From positions 20,484,560 through 20,548,559 of the forward strand of contig NC_134027.1 of assembly GCF_964204645.1 (NCBI RefSeq): DNA of 64,000 nt. The letters are read 5' to 3'. Every line of letters begins with the position of its first letter. Within the stretch, counting starts at the first letter, position 1. Shown here one piece after another: positions 1 through 13,148 of the stretch. The notes below the pieces were generated by a model. It had not been told where the DNA came from, did not search any database, and worked only from the letters and a program-made list of their open reading frames with translations. Position numbers and translations under genes: made by a program. Source of the DNA: Tubulanus polymorphus (taxonomy: Eukaryota; Animalia; Nemertea).

Positions 1-1234
1 CGATTACTTTCGTTAGAACCTTTCTTGGGCTCTGATATTTACACACATTTAATGCAGTAACCAAATCTAGGTTCCTTTCGTATATTGGCTATAACGGTTG
101 TCGTTTTCATTGTTTTATGATTTTATTTGATCGTTTTCGTTATTTCAGCAGCGCATACCAACCTCGGTTGAGCGTGCGTGGTCAGTCTTGAAATTGGTAT
201 TTATGCGCGGCATAGTGCTGCCGGCAATTCAATTAATTCTTTATTGACACAAAATTTGACAATGAAACATTTACTTTCAAGTTTAAAAAAAATTCTTTGA
301 ATTTTCTTTTTACTTTCATTGGGTGCTTGCGTTAGCAGCCATTTGTAAAATCTCTGTATGAACATTTATATTTTTCAGTTAAAATATCTAAAACTTAAAA
401 ACCGCTCTTCTGTAAAATAAATTCTGAATTGAATTGAAGACTGGTTCCCTGTCTCTTCAAAGAGCCAGGGGGCGGTAGCCTATGGTAGCAATAAACTTTA
501 TCGGATGATCGTAGTGGATTTTCATTTGAAGGAAATGTAACTTAACCTTGCTTAATGTCTTTATTATTTAAAAAAAAAATGGTGGCTCTTATCTATTTTC
601 GTGTTCGCTTCTCTTCACCTGAAGTCACTCGAGTTAGTCACGTTTTTTCTTTCAGCTGTAAATTTTTCTATGCAAAATCATTTCCACAATCCGATAAGTA
701 ATCTAGCAATTATCAACACAATGATAGATTCTGTTAAGACACTGGAATATTCAAATAACAACTATCCAAAAGCTTGCACTAACTTGGTCCGCGTCTACAA
801 TAAAACCATTCCGATTCCCAGTCCCCGTGTGTTACATTTTATGTAACGATGTAAGACAAAACCGATCTCTTAGCTCTTTAACAAGTAATCAGTTCAAAGT
901 TCGATTAATTCTGCTACAGAAATACAAAACCACCAAGCAAGCTTTCAGTACAACCATGTCAGCAAGCCCATTTTTAGAATTTCTTGTTTTACATTAGCTC
1001 AATATGTTTCAAAGCAATTATCAGAATTGACATCCACTGTGGTATAGGAGGTAGCACATATTTTTTCGCGTTTTACTAAGGGTTGGATGTAAAAAAGCTA
1101 ATTCCTGATGCAGAGAACCTAAGGATGCGATGACTAAAGATTGATTAAATACATTTCTTTTTGAAAAATTTCCTAAACAAAAATACCCTCTGACAATATA
1201 TTATGTATCTATAGTTGTATGATTTTATTTTCAG

Positions 1235-1330
1235 CGTGTTTGTTCCGATTCAACCTGTTATCCGCTTCGTACTCATTGTTTCTTCTCACGTCGCCGTTTT
1301 TACAAGTATCAAAGAAAAAACCAGTACCCG
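1235..1330 (+). CDS. PIEZO: Piezo exon (ACLFRFNLLSASYSLFLLTSPFLQVSKKKPVPG), 96 nt, phase 1-1
   Basis: ttttattttcag acceptor, G|gtacgt donor; resembles vertebrate PIEZO exon 2 in sequence and, as I recall, length. Confidence 0.93.
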
Positions 1331-2107
1331 GTACGTATTACTCGAGAAACACTGCAAACGTTGTGGAACGATCTACAATAGTCGAACTCACTGAATTCTT
1401 CATTCCGGATTTTCTTCGGAATTCGGGGGAATTATTTTGTCCGTTTAGCCTTGAACTAGGTGAACTATTATTCATACATAATTCAGATTTTATTTAATCG
1501 CCAAAAATCTGGACAGTCCCCTGTCATCAAAAGTGAGTGAGTTCTACCGTAGCCTAAGAATATTGATGAATTAAATACCCTTACTTATCTCGCCTGGGAT
1601 CAGGGCCCAGTTGCATAAATGGCCACAAGTTGTTTGTATAGATTGGTTATAGAACTAAAATTTTGAACTAAGCCTGGGCTCTCCTGTGCTGGTCTTGTAT
1701 ATAAGGAAACCAAACTGCCATTCGTTGAGAATACCATTCATTTCCCCTGGAAGTCAGTGCCAGTCAATGACCAGTTTATGACAAGTTACAGATTCAGAAA
1801 TGAAGCTCTAAGGAGCTGTGAAACTGAGCGATCACTGCCCCGTACACTTTCAACGCTGTAGACTCTGTACTTAGCTTTAGAAATGCTCAAAATTGGAATG
1901 AGCAATATGACGTTTGGTCTGACCAATATGAAAATAAGTTGTGGGGTAGAGAAATTCATGGTCAGATCATGAACCTCGGAATAATGGCCCCAATGTGAGA
2001 TTGCACTTAAAGAGTTGGGAATTTTTTGTGCTTTTGTGATGTAGGGCTGGCCTAATACCAGCAAAATTCATGAAAAGTTTGATGAAAAGTTTTTTTTTCT
2101 TTTTCAG

Positions 2108-2245
2108 GCGGGACGAAAGCTTTTTTGATAATACTAGTCGCATTAAGCGGTATATATCTACTGGGACATATAGCGTTTCAAGGATACCTACTTGGTACCC
2201 GAGATTTGGCATTGAATCATACCTATGGTTGGCAGCTCCCTAATT
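2108..2245 (+). CDS. PIEZO: Piezo exon (GGTKAFLIILVALSGIYLLGHIAFQG...WQLPNC), 138 nt, phase 1-1
   Basis: long polypyrimidine tract + cag, T|gtaagt donor, H..FQ motif of TM3. Confidence 0.92.
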
Positions 2246-2804
2246 GTAAGTAAATTGTAAACATCTAATCAGATCATATACTTCAGATCACTAAAATTTT
2301 TTTTTGAAGCTACTAGGCTCCGGATATTTTGATAACCCGGCGTGCCGATCAAGAACTTTTTGAGGGACATCTTGTCCCTATCTGTGTTATTGTCAGTGGC
2401 ATATTTTATGATTCCGCATGATTCAGCCTTATTTCAAGTCATACTTAGATTTTGCCCGAAGTTTTATGGTTGGAATGGATTTCGTATGTACCTTCATTCG
2501 TGAATAACAGAAAATACTTAGCGAAATAAGTCATTGATTATTAGGCAAGATAAAAAAATATTCAGTACCCTACAAAAATTTGGATGTGGAGCGAAAACAA
2601 ATGCATATTTTTGGCCTTATTTAACCTCAAAATAATTCTTTAAGAAAGATAGAATACAATTTAAAGATAGAACTTTGAAGTCATGACTTGAAAAGATTTT
2701 TCATAAGCAATGCCCTTGTCAAACAAGCTCCACAAGCTCGGTTCAACTCCATTTTCTGGTTGAATAGTCGTAGGGACAAACTGCATAATGCGGTTTTTGT
2801 CCCA

Positions 2805-4850
2805 TGTCCGGAGACTTTCCTTCGAAAATCAGAAGCATTGTCGAAAATATCTTCGACAATCCGACAAACAGAAGCACTGTCGATAAACTTTCTTCTACAA
2901 TCCAACAATCAAAAATGAAGCAATGTCGAGGAAATTTCCATCGACAATCCGACAATCACATAATAAATATTAATTTCTTAATGTGTCTATTTGAGTTTAT
3001 TTATCCTTGTTTCTCAAAAAAATCTCAAATGCCGTCCTCGTAATAAAAGGTCCCTAATGAAAATTAAGAAGTTAAATAAAAATTAAAACCCGCTCGCCCG
3101 GTATCCGACATCACAACATACAGTCTTTCGATCCCAGCCACTTTTTAACCCACTTGGGACTTTAGTCCCAGCGGGCTATTGCGTTCACTTTTCGTCCGTC
3201 GTCCGTCTGTCCGTCCGTCCGTCCGTCCGTAGACGGAATCCAGTTATTTGGGAAGTTTTGAAGATGCTTCAAGGTAACGTCTTGATATTTGGGTTACACA
3301 TGTATCTACCCTAGACACATCTTCAGCCCAAAAACTGGCCCTGTCAGAATCAAGATGGCCGACTGGCAGCCATTGTTGTTCGCTAAAATCAGCACTTTTT
3401 GAGGGAAATTTTGAAGACGCTTTGATCAATTACCTTGATCTTTCGGATATATGTGAATCCCCCCAGGGCCCATCAGCATAACAAAAATTGGGTCGGTCGG
3501 ACTCAAGATGGCCGTCCTATGACCTTTTTAGTGGCCAAAAATGTTAATTTTGGCCCGAATTCTGAGTCCTGTAGCTTCCTACTGGTTTGCCATTTCTCAT
3601 TACAATTTGTGATGGGTGTTCTTTGGAAAGGGATATTTTATACCTGAGACAGGTATTTTTCATCAGCCAATTATGACGCAATTGGCGGCCATCTTGGTGT
3701 CACCAGTACTCATTCGTAAGTGGGAAAAAGTTTTTCCACATTATATTGATACCTAAGCGTATTTTGATACCACAATCAATTACAAAGTTGTGGCTCATAA
3801 CGTGTTCTATGATTGTGGTGAGTTTCAAGGTAATTGGAATTCGTATATGGCCACCAGGGGGCGTTGAATAATACAATATCTTAGCATTTCTTTATTATAT
3901 TCGTACTAATGAATTATTTGTAACCGCAATCAATTGGAAAGTTGTAGCTCATGACATCATCTATGATTGTTGCGAGTTTTAAGGACATAAGTTTTTCTAT
4001 ATGGTCACCAGGGGGCGTTGAATAGTAGAATAAATTAGTATTTCCTTATTATATTGGTACCTAGGCATATCTTGTTACCATGATCAATTGCAAAGTTGTA
4101 GTTCATGACATGTTCTATGATTGTGGTAAGTTTCGAGGTCATTGGGTTTTGAATATGGTCACCGGGGAAGGGGGGGTTGAATAGTAGAATGACTTAGTAT
4201 TTCCATATTAAATTGGTAACGAGGCATATTTTGTTATCACAATCAATTACAAAATCGTAGCTGCTGACATGTTCTATGATTGTGGTGAGTTTTAAGGTCA
4301 TTGGTTTTTGTAAATGGTCACCAGGGGGCTTTGAATATTGAAATTGTTAGATTGTTGAGCATTTGAAACCACTTCCCAAGTGGGCATGGTGTCCCTGGAC
4401 CCCTAGTTACAAGGGTAATCTTCCCAAACACCCAGTCGTTTGATCCCAGCTACTTTTATATAGGGGTTAACTACGCAAACACACAGCCCCTCGATCCCAG
4501 CTTTATGTAAAGGTAATCCACGCTAACCAGCAGCGACTCAATCCCAGCAACTTCAGGTTCATATAAGGAAATGTTAGCTGGAATTTAATTGAGAATGCTT
4601 CTGATTGTCGGATTGTCAAAAAAATTTCTTCGACGATGATTCTGATTGTCGGATTGTCAAAAAAATTTCTTCGACAATGGTTCTGATTGTTGGATTATAG
4701 AAAGAAATTTCTTCAACAATGATTCTGATAATCGGATTGTCGAAAGATATTTCCTCGACAATGCTTCTGATTGTCAGATTGTCGAAAGAAATTTCTTCGA
4801 CAATGATTCTGATTGTCGTATTGTCGAAGGATATTTCTTCGACATTGCCC
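2805..4850. mobile_element. foldback-type DNA element with tandemly repeated inverted arms, hosting the family B HINE (left boundary approximate)
   Basis: left arm (tcgacaatccgacaa) 2805-2960 is the reverse complement of the right-arm ~36-bp array 4590-4850, which ends attgcc. Confidence 0.65.
3142..4408 (+). mobile_element. non-autonomous Helentron/HINE (DINE-1/pearl-like) element, family B
   Basis: subterminal IR cccacttggga...tcccaagtggg, 5' hairpin gggac-ttta-gtccc, (GTCC)n microsatellite, about 3.5 tandem 155-bp cores, 3' gtcc-ct-ggac hairpin and ctagtt end, inserted in a T-run. Confidence 0.8.
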
Positions 4851-5458
4851 TTGGCGTATTAATCTGTACTGTTATTTGTCGCCTGAACTACTTAACCAGA
4901 AAACGGAGTTGAGCCCAGATTTCAAGGTAAACCAGACTTTGCCCATGGGAATTTTGTTTTTTCTTGCCAGGAAGAAATGAATATTGAATGATATACAATT
5001 TGTCTATTTCTATTAGCACCTATGGGTTTTCTGTGACTGCATTTCAAACCACTTTTCAAGGGGGCATGGTGTCCTTGAACCCCTAGTTATTTTGTTAGTA
5101 TTATTTACCTTAGTTAAAGACTTATAGGCAAAATGTAGTGGCTCGATTCTGTTATATTTTACTCAAATCAAACTGTAGGATTTTGCAGCCTATTTTTCAT
5201 AATAATGGTATTTGGCATGTATTTGGCATTTTGTCACTCTTGCATTATGTAGTCTCATTGGGAGGTATTGACTATTCGATTCGAAGTAGAACTCATTCAA
5301 ATTTCTCGATTTGATTTTTATCAATAAATCAATAAACTTTTACTGATTGGCCTGAAACCCGCTCTAACGCAGCTGTGCTCTGTTGAGGTGAGTGACCTGA
5401 CATAATGTTATTGCTTAGACCTAGAAAAACCATTGGAGATTAAAAGATATGTAATTAA

Positions 5459-6590
5459 AGCCACGATCACACGAGCACTTTTTGCCCGGGTCAAATTTGG
5501 CCAAATTTTAGCACCAGACAAATGATCGCGTTTGAATTGCAACTGGTACCGGAAATGATCCACTTCGCTTTGTTTGAGCATTGTTTAGTATCGAGTGAAT
5601 GGTTTGCGTGTAAACGCGCTCTTTAATTAGGCACGGGCCAAATTTGGCCCGAGCCTGATCCTAAAAATCAATGATCCCATTCTCAATTGACTCTTCTGTT
5701 CACCTCTAAGTAGACTGTCCATCCATTGGGAACTATTCAAGAGTCTCTTCTGTACCTGGAAATCTTATTACGTTCTTCAGTCAATTGGAAGATTGTTAAG
5801 GCTGGCTTATGTGGACAAGTGACTGGACGCCTACTGACACATATGGGTTTATAGGCGATAGTGGCAACTAGCGGCCATCAAAGGCCTACATTAGACCACC
5901 AGTTGCTGTCATATCCATTCAACATAAACAAGCTTGCGGCGGCAACCCGAGGCCTGCCGACCCTTCGCAAGCCGTATCAGGCTAGTTGCCCATTTTCTAC
6001 TCTGGCTTACCATAGGCCGTCACTTGCTTTCGGGTGCAACCAACCTAGCACAGCTGTGATGCGACGGAACTGAGCGCAAGAATTCCAGCCAATCAGAGAC
6101 CATATACACATAGTGCAAATTGTAACTGCTATTAGCGTCATTGTCACAAACTTTCAAATTCAAGAATTTTCATACACAAACCAAACCTTCAGCATGGCAG
6201 ATGACTGGACAAATGATTTACAAATGATTTCGGTAGAATTATGGTGTGAGCGGCCCTCTATATGATGTCGCTAGCGCATTCTATGCTTAAAAGAATCAGA
6301 AAGATAAAGATCTTAAAGAAATAGCTTTTCAACTGGAAATATCAGGTATCATATATACTTTGAAATAAAAGCTTTCGAAATGCTTGTCATAGTGTGACCT
6401 GTTGAGTCGGCACAGTAACTGACATAAGCAGAGAAATAGCTGGGCAGATCTCGTAGCCAAATTTTAGCGCGAGACAAATGACGGAAATGACTCACTTTGC
6501 TTTGCATTGTTTAGTATCAAGTGAGTGGTTTTTGCGTTAGCATGCTCTCTAATTAGGCATGGGCCAAATTGTCTCCATGTGATTGTGGCT
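5459..6590. mobile_element. PIF/Harbinger-like deletion derivative carrying a MADF/Myb remnant
   Basis: TIR agccacgatcaca...tgtgattgtggct, taa/caa flanks; relatives near 27711, 46010 and 54376-54678. Confidence 0.7.
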
Positions 6591-6654
6591 CAATTGAGCA
6601 ATTTCTTTTCATATCATGATGAAAAAATCAATACTTCGGAAAGCATTTCAATTC

Positions 6655-7803
6655 CTAGGCCAGCCTTAAATGGCATGGTTTCCAGATGAAAGGCTTTTTT
6701 CACTGTAAAACTAAAATATATTCATACAAACCATACATTCAAGTGTTATCCATCCTCTCATTAATAGGAAGCTGAGTTTTGAGAAAGGACCCCTTTAAAA
6801 TTTATAGGAGGTTTTATAGGCGTCCACAAGGGGGATGCGGGGGTAGCGGACACACCCCCTTTTCGAGATAGCTAACTTCTCAAGTTACTATGTAATCAGT
6901 GTTCAAGATTTTTCTTGCCAATTTGACTAGTCTTTTACCTCTAAATGATTCATTTAGAACCTTGAAAACGTTTCTAAAGCCTCCAATTTTATAAAAGTTT
7001 TTGGGGGAAGGCCCACCAAACACCAGACATTGTGCTTGGATGCTGGATTGATGCTAATTCGAACCCCCTATGAAAATTCCTGGGGACGCCTATGGGTTTT
7101 TCGCGAAAATCTGGACGCAAAGATATCAGTTTTAAGAGACCAATCAGGAAGCAATCTCCTCTATGATTGGCTTAGCCACATAACTCAGCAGGTGTTCCCG
7201 TAAACCCACAGTATCGTCTTATCTTTTCCTTCCGGGTTTTGATTTTAAGACATAAAGTCGCATTACAAGATCGATTTCTATAAAATCTTTAGTTGATTTG
7301 GTTTTTGGGAATGATTTTTATTTGCACTAGAAAAAACATCCTTTACAATTTCTGTTCTGTAGAAGTAGTTGCCAGTTTGCGAATTTTTGCAAGGTTCAAG
7401 TAAAATAGCTTTTACTCATATTGCATGGATGACCTTGATATTCTAATCAGCCATGTGCTCGAATTGCAAATTCAATCAGATTTTATTCTGCAACACATCC
7501 AATTGAATTCTATTTTATTGAGCAAAAGAAAAAAAATCAAATCCAATCGAATTTGATTTTATTGAATGAAATTATATCAAATCCAATACGATTTTATTCT
7601 GCATTCAAATCAATAAAACAAAGGGAAGCGATTGATCTGAGGTATTCCTTCATGCTGTCTGTATTATTTATAAAAATCTGATTGTAATGTGAAAATTATA
7701 TAAGCGGGGAGCGTATTCTGAGAAATATAACCCACGTACCCATTGCTTCATTCATCAAAAGCGAATGTGACGGCTGGCCATAGTGCCCCTTAGGGCTCCT
7801 GTT
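6655..7803 (+). mobile_element. HINE-like family A copy 1 (contains nested MITE)
   Basis: homologous to 31022-31880 and 33195-33843; subterminal IR ggccagcc...ggctggcc, 3' gccc-ctta-gggc hairpin. Confidence 0.7.
6815..7094. mobile_element. MITE nested in family A copy 1
   Basis: TIR ataggcgtcc...ggacgcctat, ggttt duplication, absent from the other family A copies. Confidence 0.75.
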
Positions 7804-8649
7804 AGAGCTTGGTTGACAGTAGCTGTTGTCATACATCCCTTCATTCGGGAGGAAGCAGTCCTAAACCTGCAAATATTGCCTCAGTGGTACCAGTATTCAA
7901 ACGTGTTAGTTGGATTGAAAAGAACTCCGATGAAAGTCGAATTTAAATTGCGCGAAACTACGAAATACATACACACTTTTACAAAAAGTTTTAATGTGAA
8001 AACTGAAGTCAAATGTACATGGCTATACTGAAACATAACAGAACAGAAAATCTCTTCTAGCCGGTTTCATTACTTTGTACATCGTTGCTCCAAAATATGA
8101 AACAGGCCTCACAAAACATTGTTTCGGTAAACTTGTGTGTTGTGTTTTGGGCCATTGCACACACTCGGGCACAAAACAGGCGAATGGGGAATATTTCTGT
8201 TTACTTTATTCCCTGCTGCGTGCGTGCACGAAGCTCGAGAGAAAAAAGAATGAAATTCATGAAAAAAAAATCATGTTAACTATGATGAGCGTGTCAAATA
8301 TTTCAGACAGGCCAGAAATATCTATTCTAATATTTATTAAATGGAAATATTGACGAGGATCGAGTCATGGCTGTGTAACGCTGAATGATAATCTAAAAAC
8401 CATCATCACCATGCAACAGATTTTGCAGCTACTAAAATGAAATATCCGTGTTCAATTCAGTTCATGTACAATGCATTCATTCCACTAACAAGCTGATAAT
8501 ACATTTTTCAAACATGTGTCACATCAGTGCTATTATTATCAAAAGCGTCAATAAGGCCATATTCAAATACGATGAACGAAATTTAATTAACTTACTTCGC
8601 ACTGATCAACACAAAAATCAATGATTTGATATTTTTCATATCCTTTCAG

Positions 8650-8692
8650 GTTCTGTTAAAGAGGAAGTTTTTCGAAATATCGGATTTCAAAG
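8650..8692 (+). CDS. PIEZO: Piezo exon (CSVKEEVFRNIGFQR), 43 nt, phase 1-2
   Basis: tcctttcag acceptor, AG|gtacg donor; matches Piezo CS..E...R.IG..R motif and fixes the phase between neighbours. Confidence 0.92.
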
Positions 8693-9292
8693 GTACGATT
8701 TTAGATTTGTAAAAATCTTAATAGCCATGGCAGGCTTTGAAGAGAATTTAGAAAAATTAAGCATAGGCCAATTTTGACTCGGTGGTTTTGTTCTGGCCAG
8801 CGTGACCTGGAATAAAATCCAAAGCAAACACTCAGTTGCAACAATGAGAATCTTAGACCTTAATAGCGGCATGTATCATTAAACAACAATTCAGAAGCCC
8901 AAAATCCAATCCATGGGTGTTGAAAATAAGAACTTTTTTGCCTGCATATTTTCATTGTGCCTCCTGGTTCTTTGCTGAACAGTGTATCTCTGCGTATGTA
9001 AGCTACTCTCTGTCACACCTCCCTTCCGTGCAATTGTTTGATCCATAATTTCGTCAGCGATCTGTTGATCCACCTGTATTATGCATTGATTCATTCGGAA
9101 AAACTTATTCACTCCGAAACAAAGAATTATTTTTCGTGAGCTTGTTTTTGCTGGCCCGACTAGGCCTGCTCCCATCCCAGAAAATGTATGTAGGCCTATA
9201 CGTGTGTGATCGACTACGAAACACCTGCGTCTAAAACACTTTGTTACGCAACATTCATAAAAATGTGACTCAATCAACTCAAGGATGATACC

Positions 9293-9435
9293 TTGGGCCA
9301 GTTGCACAGTCGTGACTTAAGTCCAAAAGTGGTCTTAAATCTTAAGACTGGTCTTAAGTTCTTAGATTGGCTATAGAACTAAGTTGGTCTTAGACTGGTC
9401 TAAAGTCTAAGCCATGACTATGCAACCGGCTCCAG
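9293..9435. mobile_element. short ~140 bp palindromic MITE (multi-copy family)
   Basis: ggccagttgcacagtcgtgactta...taagccatgactatgcaaccggc; related pieces near 1603 and 53340. Confidence 0.6.
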
Positions 9436-9932
9436 AAGACTATGGTCTCGAATAGTCTTTGAAATGCCGCCATTGAGGATAACTTGTCCGGGGAATGCTT
9501 CTGAACCCTTTGAAAAAATAAGCGTGAAGTTTTCATGCGTCAGATGTGAACCTGGCCAATGACTACTTGCTTCAATCCAGCCCTCTTTTGTGGTCATTTA
9601 TAGCCATTTTTTAGTCGGCAAATGCTTGTGTTATGCAGAACAATGCAATCTATGGACGTCTTCAGACCTATATTTCTTTTCATTACTGAATACAGTAGGT
9701 GGAGCCACATTACAATAGGAGCCACATATCACGTGGCAGTATTCTAGGTAAACAAATATGGCAAAGAATACATAGTTTATTTCTGTATGCAAAGTCGGCT
9801 CTGAATAAATTGATGCATAATAAAACCAGGGTCAACTGTTTATTAATGGATCAAAAAATTGCATGGAAAGGTGTGACGGCAAGCTTTTTAAAGAAATTCT
9901 GATGTTTTTCAAAAATTGTTCTTTTTTTTCAG

Positions 9933-10382
9933 ATATAATTTTCTACCGTTCTGGGATATAATCCGTCTGCTTGTACCCGACATATCGACGTTCATTTTTA
10001 CGATCGTCGCTGTCGCGTTATGTTCGAAATACCAGCCGGCGGTGCCGCCCGTTGCGGGCGAGGATCTCACGGCGAGCGCGTCGGTTGTTTTGAAACGCGT
10101 TTCGTACAAACGCCGCTATTACCTGAACGTACTCGGGCAAACGGTTACGGTTTTGATTCTCGGCACGACCGGACTGATGCACCCGTCCGCCGTCAGCGGG
10201 ATCTACTTCCTGTCGTTTTTATACATCGCCACGTGGGTCGCGTGTTACAAATCGCTCGGAGCGAAATTTGCCGTCTATCGCGCGGTCATCATGACGATAT
10301 CCGGTATACACATTCTCGTATTGTATTTGTATCAGTTCTCATTCTTTCAAGAGGTTCTGTCACCAAAGAGTTTAACGGCCAG
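9933..10382 (+). CDS. PIEZO: Piezo exon (YNFLPFWDIIRLLVPD...HPSAVSGIYF...YLYQF...SLTAR), 450 nt, phase 2-2
   Basis: ORF 9916-10386; ttttttttcag acceptor, AG|gtaag donor; PS..S..YF and YLYQF motifs. Confidence 0.96.
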
Positions 10383-11158
10383 GTAAGACGAATTGTTTTT
10401 GGTGCGAAAAAGGCGTAGACTCTGATGGCTACATTGTTAGAGGGTGGCCAGGTCAGGGAAAACAACTTGCATGTCAGGGAAACGTCAGGCAAAAAGCAAG
10501 GCAGATATAAGTGGCCACCCTGCAAATTTGTTTCCACATTCTCTGTTGTCACTTGCTATGACATCATAGTGAGGTATCCCAATGAGGCAGTTTCTTAGGG
10601 AATCCCAAGTAGAAATTCCTCAAATGGAATAAATTCACTTGGAAATTAAATTTGTGAACATTATTCTACATATGCTGAGTTCTCTCAATATTGGGTTAAA
10701 TGGAACCCCAAACCCACTGATATTGTCCCTCCGTCTCCAGTTTGGTGCTCATCCAGTCGAAGGAAGGAATGAAAAACTTCTGATCAGAGTGACCACGATT
10801 TTGGAAAAAAGAAAACACAGGCAATTTGATCAAACTTGGTAAATGTCTGGAAAACACAGTTAGATGGTATTTAAGAATTGTGCTTTGCTCCAGAATTATG
10901 TTCTCCATCTCTGTCATCAGAATATTACAACTTCAAAATCTTCATTTCATGTGGTTAAGCTTAAAGTGCCCATAAAAGTATATCAGCTGAAAGTCCAAAT
11001 ATCTGTCAAGGTAACAACTCTGGTCTTCCTACTGACGTTCATCAGAACGCAGGGAAATTTCAGCTTTTCCCTGGAAAAACACAGGATAAACCCAGGGAAT
11101 TTGGAAGTGGACGGATTGTGGTTGCCCTGCTTACCGTGCTCTATTTTTATTGTTGCAG

Positions 11159-11327
11159 AATTTTAGGTTTGACTGCATTAGTGATAACGCATTGTGATAT
11201 ACCAAATCCAGCTGAGTTACACATGGCAATCGGAATCGAAGGTTCGTGGCCGCGATACGTCAGTCCAGCTATTATATTCTTACTCTATTGGGTATTAGCG
11301 ACTGAAACGAGACGATGGTGTGCCCAG
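11159..11327 (+). CDS. PIEZO: Piezo exon (ILGLTALVITHC...WPRYVSPAIIFLLYWVLATETRRWCAQ), 169 nt, phase 2-0
   Basis: tgttgcag acceptor, CAG|gtaag donor; WP....P....LY motif (TM8). Confidence 0.94.
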
Positions 11328-13103
11328 GTAAGAATTTGTGTTTTTGTTCATCTTATCTGTTCTCTTTAACTGCTTCCCCGAGTCTCAGTCCCTGATCTAT
11401 GATGAACGGTGCCCGTTTCTTCCGATCCAATTAGGTATGGGTTTTATTCTGCATCCAGTTTCACTGGTGTGGGTTTAATATGATGGTGGATCCATGAAAA
11501 CAGTTGCAGGTTTTTAAATCGACTCCGCATCCGGTTCCACAGACGTCGCATGTTTGATGGTTATCTGCGTCAAGTTCCTCCATAGTTGTCAGTTTAATTT
11601 GACTCAGAATTATGGTTGCTCAGGGTTTGATTCCACTGAGGTTTTCGGTTAAACTAAGTTAAACTATTAGATTACTAATCAAACATTGTGGAACTTCGCC
11701 TCAATGGAAATGATTCTATTGATGTTTGTGCAGGTTAAAGGAAAAATGCAGAAAATATATGAAAATTTCCTCATGTAAAATTTCAGCAAATCTTATGAGG
11801 CCAAGTACAACCTGTCCTCACCTCCTTGTTCCCATAACAGCTTGCATGATGTTGTTGCTGACACTACTAAAGTCTATCCCAGTGGTTATGATCAGGGTGC
11901 ATCAAACAGTTCATATCATCGCGGATCTGGAACCCTGTAGTTTCTATGTGCTCAACCCTGCAAGTAACTGAGGTCAGGCAACTACTACATTCAAGAGTGA
12001 ATAATACTAAAGTTTTCACATCCTGGTCATTCACTTCTCTTTATTCCTCTAGATTTGGTTTTTTCTTGTAAATTCTCAAAGAACACCGATTACTTAAAAT
12101 GTATTTAAGCATGGAATTTCGAGGATTAATTTCTTATTTTGTGCACTTAACAAAGCTAGACATGCGCAAATATGTTAACAAATGACTATTTGTGGATTTG
12201 ATTATCATCTCATGAGTCGTAGTTCTGTGTTGCTATTTTGCTTACACACCGTCCAAATATAATGTTTCAACTTGAAAATTAGTTCCGACACTTTCTAATG
12301 TAAACATTGACTTTGGTATCCTCGGAAAATATTCACTCTTGAATGCAACAAGACTTCAAACTAATTTTTCCTTGCTAATTTCTCCATTTTCTTAGTGTAA
12401 GCTTCGAAAAGTTTTGCTCTTTATTCACTCTTGCCTGTAACTATAGTAACAAGCAGCTGGGGTCCAGCGAGTCAGGGATGCTCATGGTGAGTTTGACCAC
12501 TTACAGCTGTCAGTATCAATTAAATTTTGGTGATACTGGCTCTTTGAGAGTGGAAATGCCGTGATCATAACCACTGGGATAGACTTTTAGACTCTGCATG
12601 GGGAGTTTTGTTAAATTGTTTATCCTCTGAATACTCAGGATCCTGCTATCAGCTAGTACTGGTTGGTCAAGAATTTCTTCTGTTTGAGTAGCCTAGTTTG
12701 CGATGTATGTAGCCATGTAAAAAAAATATTTCAACACCTGATAAACATGATCATACAAAATCGGGAAATCTTTGAATTCTGTATGTCAGAAACATTGGCA
12801 AGTTTTCAGGATTAAATTCTGAAGAATGAAAATAGATTTAAGTCAATCCAAATATCCTCAGAATAGATTGATCAAATAGTCATTATCATCTTACAAAACA
12901 AAAAGTTTCATGCAAAATTATTTAATCAAATTGGTCTAATTTAAAGAGAAAAAACTCGATCTGAACTTTTTTTCAAAACTAATAAATCGAGTATATTTCT
13001 TTATGCTGGGTAGGTTCCCTTAAACAGAAGAAAAATGTTAACCAAAGGCCTATGATGGTATTGTATTTCAGAGGTTATATGATTTGATTGTGCATATTTT
13101 TAG

Positions 13104-13148
13104 GTGGACTCCGGAGCTAAACTTGAACCCTATGCGCCTCCAAATTTG
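13104..13148 (+). CDS. PIEZO: candidate Piezo cassette exon VDSGAKLEPYAPPNL, 45 nt, phase 0-0
   Basis: tgcatatttttag acceptor, TTG|gtacta donor (weak), open and frame-preserving, GC-richer than flanks. Confidence 0.55.

Noticed and set aside
1-1234. Search for Piezo exon 1 / promoter
   Set aside because: No ATG-initiated hydrophobic TM1 ending in a phase-1 donor was found; it probably lies upstream of the window
2681-4912. ORFs with repeated SDCRIVE-like peptides
   Set aside because: Translations of the 36-bp foldback arm repeats
10020-10552. Overlapping alternative-frame and antisense ORFs on the 450-nt exon
   Set aside because: Shadow ORFs of a GC-rich exon; no independent support
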